Counted from the first letter of the stretch, positions 10,201 to 19,506 are shown. The stretch is DNA of 52,842 nt from an uncultured Gammaproteobacteria bacterium (GCA_964422835.1 CAYRCR010000005.1:1-52842); one strand, 5' to 3'. A program made the numbers and translations. The notes: generated from the sequence alone by a model not told the origin.

Positions 10201-12915
10201 GGGGAACAATCAGTGCAAAACAGGTTGAGGTACAGAATTGACGGATTAGTACCCGGTGAAACCTATACCATAACTCACCCGTTTGGCAGTGTAGATGAAA
10301 TTGCTGACGGCGCCGGAGTGATTAACGTAACCAGTGACATCGGATGCTTCGCTGACGGTTTTTCTACCTGCAATCAGGCAGCCCTTCCCAACTTTTCTTC
10401 AGCGCTTGCCGGACAGGTAGGGCCATACTTAACCTGGACTACATTTAATACCAATCCCGCCTTAACTGATGCTCAACTTTCTAATCCTGCAAATCCCGGC
10501 AGAAGGTATGTCGGTAATCCTGCCATTGACCATGCTGTAACAGGCAGCCCGACCGGACAAAACTCATTCTCTGTTACAGGACCCGGACTATCTAACTTTA
10601 CAACTAATCTATTCGGGGTCTCCGGAAGACTAGCTGATACAACCGGACCTGTAATTACTATAATCGGCTTAAATCCTGTTGAAGTTGCCCAAAACGCAGT
10701 TTATATTGACGCAGGCACAACTGCTTTGGATGACTTTGACGGTATAGTGGTTGTTACAACCACAGGACTTCCGGTTGATACAGCGATTGCCGGACCAAAA
10801 ACAGTCACATATACCGCAACCGACAGGTCTGGAAATACAACTACAGCAACAAGAACAGTCAACATAGCCGGAATTGATACTACTGCTCCGGTAATTACCA
10901 TCCTCGGTGTAAACCCTGTGGATGTAATTGTCGGTACAACTTACATTGATGCAGGAGCCACAGCCACTGATAATGTTGATCCGGCAGTAATAGTTAATTC
11001 AGTAAGCATAGTTGATACAAGTGTAATTGGAGTTTATACAGTAACTTATACTGCAACCGATGCGGCTGGAAACGCAGCAACACCAGTTATAAGAATAGTT
11101 AATGTGGTAGCTGTTCCTCCGGTTGATATAACAGCTCCAAACCTGTTGAGCTTCTCTTCAACCACGGCTGATGGAACCTATGGTACCGGAGCAGAAGTGA
11201 ATATCACTGCCAATTTCAATGAAGCTTTAGCAGCGGGAAGCACTGTCGCAGTAACTTTGGACAACGGTGTACCTGTAGAGCTCGTAGCCTTAAGTCTAAC
11301 TTCGGTTTCTGGAACTTATATGGTTGGACCTTTGGGTAGTGGGGAGAATTCTCCGGATTTGACAGTAGCCTCCATTAATTCCATGAATGTGACGGACATT
11401 GGCGGCAACCTGCAAGCCTCAACCGTACTTCCGGCCTCAAATATTGCCAATACCAGCGCTATTGTGATTGATACTACCGTACCACCACTACCTCCTGCCG
11501 CAACAGCTGCTATTTCCGGGCAGGTTTTCAATGATATTGATGCAGACCGTTTTAAAGATGCAATTGAACCTGTTCTTCCTGGTTGGACAGTGTATTTGGA
11601 TGCAAACAACAACAGAACTATGGATATAGGAGAAGTATCCGTCATTAGCAATATTCTGGGTGCATATCAATTTCCAGATCTTATTCCCGGAACATATATT
11701 GTTAATGAAGTTGTGCAATTAAACTGGGCAATCAGGTTACCGGGAGGAAACGGATACACCCAAACAGTTGCGGCAGGGGATAATATAACAGGAAAAGATT
11801 TTGGAAACATTGTCACCCAGACGATTGGTGGCCAGAGTCAGGGAGGATTTGCCACTACAACTGGAACAAATCTCACATCATCAATCGTTTCGCTGGGAGA
11901 TTCCATTATAAATATACCTTCAAATGGCGGTACCAGTAAAGTAACAATTCCGGCAGATACCGTAATTACTGCCAGCACTGGTGAAATCTTTGACGCGACC
12001 ACTCTGGCAGCTTCTGACCCTGCAGGGGAAATATTATCAGGACTGGGATCAGGGGTTGTTGTCAAAGGTAAACTGCAGTGGGGAGTACCTAATTTAGGCT
12101 TAGTATTTTCCACTCCCATTACTTTGGAAATATTTGTGGGTGAAGCTCTTAACGGCCAGACAATTAGCATACTTCGCTCGGTGGACGGTACAACTAATTG
12201 GACAAGTGACGGTATTGTTGCCCCTGCCAAATGCACAGTTACTTCAGGAATCTGTTCTTTCCAGGCTACCAAAGCATCATATTATGTGGCAGCAGAAATA
12301 CCCACCACTTCAAGTTCCAGCTCTAACTCATCCAGTTCCTCTAGCTCCGGTGGTGACGGATCTTCAACCGGGGCTCCTGTCTGCGGTGATACCAAACCGG
12401 CAAGTGCACCAATATTGTCAGTTGCCTCAATGGGTGGAAACGAAGTAACACTATCATGGACAAAGGCTTCTGATCCGGTAACCTACTACCTGGTGGCATA
12501 TGGAACAAACTCCGGCAATATGCAATTTGGCAACCCAAATGTGGGAGGCAAAGATACAGCCTCATTTTCTGTCAAAGGCCTCTCCGGCGGGCAAACTTAC
12601 TTCTTCCAAGTCAGAGCCGGGAATAATTGCATGCCGGGTGACTTCTCCAATGAAGTATCAGCCACACCCGGAGGCGAAGTTATAACCGGCTCGGCAGAAG
12701 GATTTACAGAGGGAGTATTGGGCGAAGAAACACAAGGTACTGAAACTGAAGGAGAAGTGGAAAGAGTGGAAAGTGCATTAGGTACAGCCACTGAACTTCC
12801 GGGAGCAGAAAAAACTGTATCCGCTACTTCAAATATGCTGCGGGTTATTACCCCCTTACTGGCGCTCCTGGCTCTCGTCGGGGGAGCATATGTTTACCGC
12901 CGCCGTGCGGTATAA
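7285..12915 (+). CDS. giant secreted, membrane-anchored multidomain surface protein (1876 aa)
   Basis: Signal peptide; P/T/E linker; lamin-tail-like domain (ILINEI...EWVELFN); two copies of an uncharacterised GFPVWYKD domain; five DUF5011/Ig-like repeats (APVIT.G.NP...YTDAGATA.D); SdrD-B-like domain; FN3; EGVLG; C-terminal TM plus RRR. Confidence 0.88.
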   Translation: MINKIKRFLLPGIALFSLLVNVLLPLAIPYNVIAQEVTQTAEAVETPAPEETPVPIEETTPTPATEEVIPTSIPETSTPDVELLEEATPSATLSPTHAPTPPEAGQDPVVEQPTYNNVVVNEEYKAPQNDKVKVKFNILPEGSGSLTIKEVKLSPEQIAATGALSDTAYDITSSMSDGTFQYDLTLPLPPAAQNQEVDVKSAENTDLSDATKVTEPEEKTADTITILGLNHFTVFVVTTPSPDTTQRILINEIAPAAAAEWVELFNNGSASVNLAAGTGWVIRNSAGNSQSLSALGTIAPAGRAVFNAPPAWLSDVAPETVTILNELGATIDTVTVSLTAPGFAVDHYPLASESVGRKTDGVAEWMLFTTPTKGTANIVPVAPGGGIVEVGPIAPDGGLIAGFPVWYKDSNGLALDLMEAADGFGISDPVDPANPFSEQIGFNAEGFWWSAEASIDRPIGTRTTLILALEAAFAGEAAVDGEQSVQNRLRYRIDGLVPGETYTITHPFGSVDEIADGAGVINVTSDIGCFADGFSTCNQAALPNFSSALAGQVGPYLTWTTFNTNPALTDPALVNAANPGRRYVGNPTIDHAVTGSPTGNDFFRVEGLNVGGAGINVIETNLFSVSGRLADANAPVITLFGANPVNAIQGSIYTDASATALDDLGGNLTGSIVVTGLPVDTSALGAKIVTYTVTDSVGRTTVATRTVNVVAAGGIDTIVPVITVTGANPASVTQGNPYIDLGATALDDTDGDITANIVTVNPVNTAVIGPYTVAYNVSDAAGNPATQATRIVNVVADTIAPVITILGNNPANVLTGAAYTDAGATATDNVDGNLTANIVTVNPVNTAVAGTYTVTFNVSDAAGNPAIEATRTVNVADTLPAGLVETGPVGADTGFPVWYKDSNGLALDLMEAADGFGISDPVDPANPFSEQIGFNAEGFWWSAEASIDRPIGTRTTLILALEAAFAGEAAVDGEQSVQNRLRYRIDGLVPGETYTITHPFGSVDEIADGAGVINVTSDIGCFADGFSTCNQAALPNFSSALAGQVGPYLTWTTFNTNPALTDAQLSNPANPGRRYVGNPAIDHAVTGSPTGQNSFSVTGPGLSNFTTNLFGVSGRLADTTGPVITIIGLNPVEVAQNAVYIDAGTTALDDFDGIVVVTTTGLPVDTAIAGPKTVTYTATDRSGNTTTATRTVNIAGIDTTAPVITILGVNPVDVIVGTTYIDAGATATDNVDPAVIVNSVSIVDTSVIGVYTVTYTATDAAGNAATPVIRIVNVVAVPPVDITAPNLLSFSSTTADGTYGTGAEVNITANFNEALAAGSTVAVTLDNGVPVELVALSLTSVSGTYMVGPLGSGENSPDLTVASINSMNVTDIGGNLQASTVLPASNIANTSAIVIDTTVPPLPPAATAAISGQVFNDIDADRFKDAIEPVLPGWTVYLDANNNRTMDIGEVSVISNILGAYQFPDLIPGTYIVNEVVQLNWAIRLPGGNGYTQTVAAGDNITGKDFGNIVTQTIGGQSQGGFATTTGTNLTSSIVSLGDSIINIPSNGGTSKVTIPADTVITASTGEIFDATTLAASDPAGEILSGLGSGVVVKGKLQWGVPNLGLVFSTPITLEIFVGEALNGQTISILRSVDGTTNWTSDGIVAPAKCTVTSGICSFQATKASYYVAAEIPTTSSSSSNSSSSSSSGGDGSSTGAPVCGDTKPASAPILSVASMGGNEVTLSWTKASDPVTYYLVAYGTNSGNMQFGNPNVGGKDTASFSVKGLSGGQTYFFQVRAGNNCMPGDFSNEVSATPGGEVITGSAEGFTEGVLGEETQGTETEGEVERVESALGTATELPGAEKTVSATSNMLRVITPLLALLALVGGAYVYRRRAV
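8486..10457 (+). repeat. identical 496-bp intragenic direct repeat (8486-8981 and 9962-10457)
   Basis: Base-by-base reading shows no mismatch; offset 1476 bp (492 codons); flanks homologous but diverged. Confidence 0.9.
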
Positions 12916-12952
12916 TTTGACAATCTCATAATTTTAGAGTAAAGTCAAAATA

Positions 12953-14146
12953 ATGTTAATCCGGTCCTTTAAATTAGCCATTATAGCTGTTTTATTTGTT
13001 GCCCTCTTCCTGCCGGTAACTGCAGTGTCTGCTGTTTCATCTCCCGCACTCTCAAAAAGAATTTTGGTTAAATTTTCCTCCAAGCCTGAAAAACCGGCAA
13101 TTGTTGAGAGAATCCGCGCCAGGGAAATTTCGGAAATTCCCCGGATTGATATATCTGTCTTAGAAGTTAAAGACATTGCAGAAGCAATCAGAAGCTTAAG
13201 AAACGAAAAAATAGATTTTATGGAAGTTGATGCTGTTGCCACTACTTTAACCAATGACACTTTATACTCCAATCAGTGGGCCTTACCAAAAATTTCCTGG
13301 GATAAGTTAGATACCGGAGCCGGTGTATATAATCCAACTGAAGCCTCAACCAGGATCGCGGTAGTGGATACGGGAGTAGATTACAACCATCCGGACCTAA
13401 CCGGTAAAGTCGATACCGGACAGGATTGGGATTTTGTCAATAATGATGATGATGCCTTGGATGATAATTTGCACGGAACCCATGTAGCAGGTATTGCTGC
13501 TGCCAGCACCAACAACAGCACGGGAGTGGCCGGTGTGTCTATTAATACCAGCACCATCTTACCGGTTAAGGTACTTAATCAAGCTGGCTCCGGTTACTAC
13601 TCGTGGGTGGCTGCCGGAATTATTTATGCCGCTGATCACGGGGCAAAGGTAATCAATTTAAGTCTTGGAGGCAATGTTAAATCTACTACTTTGGAAAATG
13701 CGGTCAATTATGCCTGGGGTAAAGGGGCAGTGGTGGTAGCTGCTGCAGGCAACAGTAATAATTCTTCTAAAACTTATCCGGGGGCATATTCCAATGCCAT
13801 GGCTGTTTGGGCTTCTGATCAAAATGACAATAAAGCCTCCTTTTCCAGCTACGGGGGTTGGGTTGATATAGGAGCGCCGGGGGTCAGTATACTATCTACC
13901 ATTCCTTTGGGTAAAGATACCAAAGATGGCAACCAGGATGGATATTATCTGGCAAGCGGTACCAGTATGGCCACTCCCGGTGTAGCGGGTTTGGCAGGGC
14001 TCCTTTTTTCACAGCATCCTGACTGGTCTGCTCAAACAGTCAGAAGTAAAATTGAATCAACAGCCGATCCGGTATCTTCCCGGTTATTTAAAAGGGGAAA
14101 CTTAGGCAAGGGCAGGATCAACGTTTTCAAAGCTTTAACTCAATAA
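12953..14146 (+). CDS. secreted S8 subtilisin/thermitase-like serine protease
   Basis: Signal peptide, propeptide, catalytic triad motifs VVDTG, HGTHVAG, SGTSMA. Confidence 0.95.
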   Translation: MLIRSFKLAIIAVLFVALFLPVTAVSAVSSPALSKRILVKFSSKPEKPAIVERIRAREISEIPRIDISVLEVKDIAEAIRSLRNEKIDFMEVDAVATTLTNDTLYSNQWALPKISWDKLDTGAGVYNPTEASTRIAVVDTGVDYNHPDLTGKVDTGQDWDFVNNDDDALDDNLHGTHVAGIAAASTNNSTGVAGVSINTSTILPVKVLNQAGSGYYSWVAAGIIYAADHGAKVINLSLGGNVKSTTLENAVNYAWGKGAVVVAAAGNSNNSSKTYPGAYSNAMAVWASDQNDNKASFSSYGGWVDIGAPGVSILSTIPLGKDTKDGNQDGYYLASGTSMATPGVAGLAGLLFSQHPDWSAQTVRSKIESTADPVSSRLFKRGNLGKGRINVFKALTQ

Positions 14147-14162
14147 TTACTTATTTGCTTTG

Positions 14163-14588
14163 ATGAGAAAAATCTTTTTAGCGCTTCCTGTTTTATTCTT
14201 GTTTTTTCCGGGGTTTGCCTGGGCAAGCACAGCCAGATCTTCGGTCCAAACCAATGTCCAATCAGGCAATGCGGAAGTTTACCAGTCTGTTGAAGTAACT
14301 GTTAACGGCAAGACCATTAAAAAAGAGAGCAGGGAACCCGGAAAGCTGGAACTCAAAATGGAGGAAATCCAGATGGAGAAAATTCAGGCTTCACCTTCAG
14401 GACAGACCGTCACGCCAACCTCTGCTCCTGCGCTTAAACTGTCCTTTGCAGCATCTGTCAGAGAATTACTTTCCGGCTTGACTTCCCGGCTTATAACTGC
14501 TATAAGGATAAATACCCGCCCACTGCCTCTTGTATATGAGTCTATACTCAACCAAACAATTGACAGAAGATACCCTGGGAGAGATTAA
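14163..14588 (+). CDS. hypothetical secreted protein
   Basis: Signal peptide ending AWA; VEVTVNGKTIKKES segment; 3' end overlaps the next gene. Confidence 0.6.
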   Translation: MRKIFLALPVLFLFFPGFAWASTARSSVQTNVQSGNAEVYQSVEVTVNGKTIKKESREPGKLELKMEEIQMEKIQASPSGQTVTPTSAPALKLSFAASVRELLSGLTSRLITAIRINTRPLPLVYESILNQTIDRRYPGRD

Positions 14589-14733
14589 GGAAGCGCTTTA
14601 CCAACTCCAATACGGCAGTGTCGAGATTTTTGTCCAGGACGGTCTGGTCACTCAAATTACCAAAAGAATTATCAAAAAAACTATCCCTGACAAAAGTAAA
14701 AAGGGCCTTGACAATAGTATAAGAAATAGGTAA
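14536..14733 (+). CDS. DUF2292/YezD-family small protein
   Basis: EIKEALYQLQYGSVEIFVQDGLVTQI matches the family pattern; TTGACT-17-TATAAG upstream at 14478-14506. Confidence 0.8.
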   Translation: MSLYSTKQLTEDTLGEIKEALYQLQYGSVEIFVQDGLVTQITKRIIKKTIPDKSKKGLDNSIRNR

Positions 14734-14753
14734 AAGTAAATATTACAGGTTTT

Positions 14754-14868
14754 GCTGACCGCCCCCGGAAGCATCCCATATTTTTACATCGGGATGTTTA
14801 AAAAATCAAATTTTATTTCTCTATATCGAAAACCATTCTTAAGCGCTTTAAAGACTTAAGAGGGTTTT
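14754..14868 (+). promoter_or_regulatory. structured leader between the DUF2292 gene and the repeat-protein gene
   Basis: GC-rich GCTGACCGCCCCCGGAAGC element, then hairpins gcatccc/gggatgt and aaaacc..cttaag/cttaag..ggtttt; TTGACA at 14708. Confidence 0.45.
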
Positions 14869-14932
14869 GTGAAAATCGGCTAATCCTAGGATAACCTTTT
14901 TTTGCATCTTCAAAAGGAAGGGGGTGAAATAA

Positions 14933-15499
14933 ATGAATTTAAAAAAATTAATAGTAACAGGCAGCGCAGTAGCTTTAATGCTTAGCAGTGCAGCCCCGGC
15001 TTTTGCTGGGAGTCCTGATAATGTGGCTATCATCAAAAATAACAACACATCAGCATCTGCTAATAGTGGTATGAACACTCAAGATAATTTGGGAGGTAAT
15101 ACTGTGGTAGCTGGTAAGGGAAGCGGTAATATAGCCTCTGTTGACTCCAGTGGTACAAGATCTATGACTACCGGAAGTGCCAAGGCTAAAGCCAAATCCG
15201 TGGTTGTGGCTAATGTCCAGGTTGGTTGCGGTTGCGAGGAAGACAATGGCACTAATGGTCATGGGCAAGGTGGCAATGATAATCTGGCAGTAGTAAAACG
15301 CAACAACACATCTGCAGATGCTAACAGCGGTGTAAACTTTCAAGACAATTATGAGAATAATACCGTTAAAGCTGGCAAGGGAAGTGGTAATAACGCTTCA
15401 GTTGACGAGAGTGGTTCTCGAACCATGAACACAGGCGATGCTAAAGCTAAAGCCAAGAGTTGGGTAGTAGTTAACTCAAACGTTAGCTCGCCGTTTTAG
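14933..15499 (+). CDS. small secreted Asn/Gly/Ser-rich two-repeat protein (candidate fibre subunit)
   Basis: Strong RBS (AAGGAAGGGGGTG), signal peptide ending AFA, two ~69-aa repeats (ANSGxN...TG(S/D)AKAKAKS) joined by GCGC. Confidence 0.85.
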   Translation: MNLKKLIVTGSAVALMLSSAAPAFAGSPDNVAIIKNNNTSASANSGMNTQDNLGGNTVVAGKGSGNIASVDSSGTRSMTTGSAKAKAKSVVVANVQVGCGCEEDNGTNGHGQGGNDNLAVVKRNNTSADANSGVNFQDNYENNTVKAGKGSGNNASVDESGSRTMNTGDAKAKAKSWVVVNSNVSSPF

Positions 15500-15520
15500 G
15501 ATTTCCGTTTAGACGGAATG

Positions 15521-15568
15521 GTTTTAAGGAGAGGGTTGGAAACTAGGGTCCTCCCTCTCCAAAAGACC
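15521..15568 (+). terminator. strong intergenic stem-loop (mRNA stabiliser or partial terminator)
   Basis: ggtttt..ggagaggg / ccctctcc..aagacc inverted repeat right after the repeat-protein stop; no long T tract. Confidence 0.5.
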
Positions 15569-15581
15569 AAAGGATATATTT

Positions 15582-18257
15582 ATGAAGAAAATTATTAATT
15601 TTAAAATTTTCAAGCAAGCAGTCACTATTTGGGTGATTTTTTTGCTTGCTTTTAATCCGGTTATTGCTCCTTTGGCTTTTGCAGAAGATGAAATTCCAGC
15701 TGTTACTACTATCACTACAGGGGATGCCCAATCATAATCTGATGTTTCCGTTATTGCCAACTCCAATACAAATATTGTTCCCGGAACAGTCACACCCGGC
15801 AGCGGCTGCAACGGGCCTGAACTTAATATTGATTGTCCCGGTACTGATTCAATCAGCAACCAAAACCAGGCAGATACCCAAAGCTCCAACACATCTTCGG
15901 CCCAGACGGGCCAAAATTCCTCTTCCGAAAATGACGGTAACGTAAATTTAAGTACCGGCGAGGCAACAGCTTCAGCTGAAACCACCAACCAAATTAACAC
16001 CAACATCATGGAACTGGAAAATGAGGCATCGGAAAGCGCCGAAATTGCGGAAGCCACCCCTTCCGCGGAGTTTGCTATCACAAATGTAAACGATGCCACT
16101 TCGCAAAACGGGATGAGCGTTATTGCAGAAACAGGAGAAAATCAGGCCAATAATAACCGGGGGGATGTGGTTATTGATACCGGCAACACCCTGGCTGTTG
16201 CTAATATCTTCAATCTTATTAATACCAATATTGTAGGGTCTAACTTTGATCTGTTATTTATAAATTTGACTGAGGTGCAAAATGACATAAACCTTTTTCA
16301 GGTCTGGAAAGATACAACCGGCGGTGATCCGGCAGACCAGTTGCAGTTTACAGGCGGAGAACCGCAAAATTCTTTATATCTCCTAATTGAAAATTCCAAC
16401 CGGGCAGAAATTAATAATTATCTTACTGTCAGCGCTGTTTCAGGAAAAAATGAGGCGAATGACAACAATAATGTAAATTTAAATAGCGGAAATGCCATAT
16501 CCTTAGCCAATATTACTAATATAGCCAACTTTAATCTGATAGGATCTAAATTTCTTTTTGCAACAATTAATATCTTGGGCAGCTTTGAAGGTAATTTGAT
16601 TTTACCTCCCAGGGAATATTTTATGTCACAGAACTCATCCCAAAACTCAATATCGGCAGCCAGTCAAAACAGGGCTTATGTAGAAGGTTCTATAGAAACT
16701 ATTGCAGATAGCGGAGGCAACGAGTTAAATGAAAATGCAGGCGACTCAAACATCCAAACAGGGGATGCTGAAGCAATTTCCCATAACCTGTCTCTTTTAA
16801 ATTTGAATATAGCGCAAAATGACTGGTTTAATGTCCGGGTAAACCATTTAGGACAAAGACAGGGAGATGTCTTTGGCTGGTCTGATCCTGAAGCAAAAGA
16901 AGAGTCAGAGGATATTATGACATTTTCTACTGAAACTACCGGTACCGACGGGGCAGTAAACAGCCAGAATACCCGGGTAAACAATTCCAATGAAGTAAAA
17001 ATTAATAACCAAATTTCTATTCAAGCCATCTCCGGCCAAAACAAGGCAGACAGAAATAGCATGACAAGTGTAGTTACAGGAAAGGCAAAGGCTTTAGCAA
17101 ATTTATTTAATTTAGCAAATCTTAATATTTTAGGCAGCAATTTATTCCTTGGAGTAGTAAATATTCTGGGAGACTGGCAGGGCAATACAATTTTTGCTTA
17201 TCCCGACGTGACGGTAGCAATAAACGGTCCGGCCCATGACGTGACTCCAGGAGAGGAAATAAATTATAACATAGATGTTGAAAACATCGGTTATGATGAC
17301 GCGCACGATATTGCAGTTTTATTTGAATTACCCAAAGGAACAAGTTACATTTCTGATACTTCAGGCCAAGTAACAGAGCAATCGGGAAATAATCTTAAAT
17401 GGTCTATTGACACATTGACAGCTAACGGGAGTCTATCATTTGATTTGAAATTGAAAATTGATCCGAATTTAAATTACGAAGACCTGCTTACTTTCTGGGA
17501 TAGATTAATTCCCAAGGCATATGCCCTGGAAGAAGGAGTGCGGGATGAAATCACCGCCAAAGTTGAAGTTTCAACAACAGATAAACAATCGGATAATAAC
17601 AATGACACATCGTCAATTGCCACTGTTATTTTATTCCCGGCAACATCCAGTGATATCTCTGATGACCAAAGCTCTTCCGCAGAAGCTGCATCTACCACAA
17701 TTGAGATTAATGCTAAAAATAATGTCAATGATTTTATTTACCTGGGAGATATTATTACCTTTGATTTGGAAGTTAAAAATACCGGAGGAGAAAAAGCAGG
17801 AAATGTTACTGTATTTCAGGATATTTACAATGGGCATCCGGAGTCAACAGGTACTGTGGAATTTCCCATTGGGGATATTGATCCGGGCAAAACAGCCAAG
17901 GTAAATTTCGCAATTCAGATAACAGATTTAATTCCCGGCTCTTATCATACTTTAACATACGCAACCGGGGATAATATTTCATCAAACGAAGCAGTCACTT
18001 ATTTTAAAGTTAAATTAAATAATATTAGTTTAATTTCCGAAGTCCAGGCTCAAGAGATAGACCAGAATGAAAGTACTGCCGGTGAAGTAAAAGGGGCAGA
18101 TAAGTGTCCGGCAATAATAATGAGAAGGGAATGGTGGCCTTATGCACTGGCAGCATTATTTGGAACCCTTTGGTTTTTAGAAGTCAGCAGGAGAAAACAC
18201 TGGAATCTGTCATTGACAAAACTAACTAAAAAAGTTTATAATCCGCCGGCAGGGTAG
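15582..18257 (+). pseudogene. large SGxN/TGDA-repeat plus DUF11 membrane-anchored surface protein with one in-frame TAA (15735-15737)
   Basis: ATG 15582 gives signal peptide MKKII...LAFA, then ITTGDAQS*SDVSV in the same frame as ORF 16008-18257; 5-6 Asn-rich repeats, two DUF11-like domains (GEEINYNIDVENIG; GDIITFDLEVKNTG), GEVKG, TM, RRK. Confidence 0.85.
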
Positions 18258-18264
18258 ATAAGCG

Positions 18265-19506
18265 TTGAATATACTTACTAAGTTATTGTTCACTCTATTT
18301 ATTTTATTTTTTTCTTTAGGCGTTTTAAGCCCGCATGCAAATGTTCGGGCCAATGTTTTTGGCAATAATGATTATCAGTTGCGCTGCCCATTCCCTTCTC
18401 CTACACCGGTTCCAACTCAAATTCCTATTCCTTCTCCTACTCCCACTGCTCCCATCCCCACACCAACACCTGTTCCCAGTCCAATTCCATCCCCAACACC
18501 TTCTCCATTTCCGGCACTGACACCAACACCAACTCTTCCACCCACACCTACCCCCAGTCCTACTCCTGCAGTAACTCCAGAACCAACTTCAGCACCGGTT
18601 GCAGTTTCCGGCGGTCAGGGAGGACCATCAGGCGGTAGAGATAGCGGTGGAGAAAGCGCCCCGGCTCCATGCGGAGCAAGCAATCCCGGAGCAACCACAC
18701 TTATTTCCGCCACACCGAAAAGCGCCACAAACGTTGAGTTAAAGTGGAGTAAAAACCCCAATGCTACCGATTATAATGTCAGCTACGGTCCGGGATCCGG
18801 AAATTACCTGTATGGTCTGTCCGGTACCGGTAATACTGATACAGTCACTATTTCAGAGCTTGACTCAAATCAACGCTATTGTTTTGTTGTTTCTCCGGTT
18901 AATGATTGCGCTCCGGGTCAAATTTCAAATGAAATATGTATCGGCGAAGCAAAGAAGGTTGTGTTGGGTGTTTTTACCGGAGGAGGTGAAGTGCTGGGAC
19001 TGTCCAGTACTGCCTCCGGCGACGATGCAACAGATTCTACTCCGGATACTACATTACCGGATGAGAAAATTATTATTGATCCGGCAGATTTTACCAACCC
19101 GGTAAAGGTGTTGGGCGTACCTACCCGGATTACAATTCCGGCTTTGGATATTGATTTGCCGGTAGCGGAGGCAAAAGTGGAAAATGATCTTTGGCAGACT
19201 TTTGCGGGTTTTGCCGCCCACGGAGTAGGTAGCGCCAATCCCGGTGAAAGATCTAATGTGGTTATCTTTGCCCATAACCGGGCCGGATTATTTGGTAATT
19301 TGAAATATGCCCAAGTTGGCAGCGAGATTACGGTTTTGAGCAACAACAGGAAATTCAGGTATCAGGTATCAGAAATCAAAGAGATAACTCCGGATCAGAC
19401 AAGCACGATAGGTCCAACTCAAGAGGAAACATTAACACTTTACACCTGCAGCGGGGAAAATGATAAAAAAAGATTGATAGTTATAGCCAGAAATATTGGC
19501 GCTTGA
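18265..19506 (+). CDS. sortase fused to Pro/Thr linker and FN3 module
   Basis: N-terminal signal/TM, (PT)n linker, FN3, then sortase motifs [18 protein letters not shown] (His), LTLYTC (Cys), KRLIV (Arg); TTG start after TTGACA..TATAAT at 18213-18242. Confidence 0.9.
   Translation: MNILTKLLFTLFILFFSLGVLSPHANVRANVFGNNDYQLRCPFPSPTPVPTQIPIPSPTPTAPIPTPTPVPSPIPSPTPSPFPALTPTPTLPPTPTPSPTPAVTPEPTSAPVAVSGGQGGPSGGRDSGGESAPAPCGASNPGATTLISATPKSATNVELKWSKNPNATDYNVSYGPGSGNYLYGLSGTGNTDTVTISELDSNQRYCFVVSPVNDCAPGQISNEICIGEAKKVVLGVFTGGGEVLGLSSTASGDDATDSTPDTTLPDEKIIIDPADFTNPVKVLGVPTRITIPALDIDLPVAEAKVENDLWQTFAGFAAHGVGSANPGERSNVVIFAHNRAGLFGNLKYAQVGSEITVLSNNRKFRYQVSEIKEITPDQTSTIGPTQEETLTLYTCSGENDKKRLIVIARNIGA

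Noticed and set aside
8486-10457. Repeat pair as template/variable repeats of a diversity-generating retroelement
   Set aside because: Copies are identical with no adenine-specific mismatches, both are coding, and no reverse transcriptase is in the window
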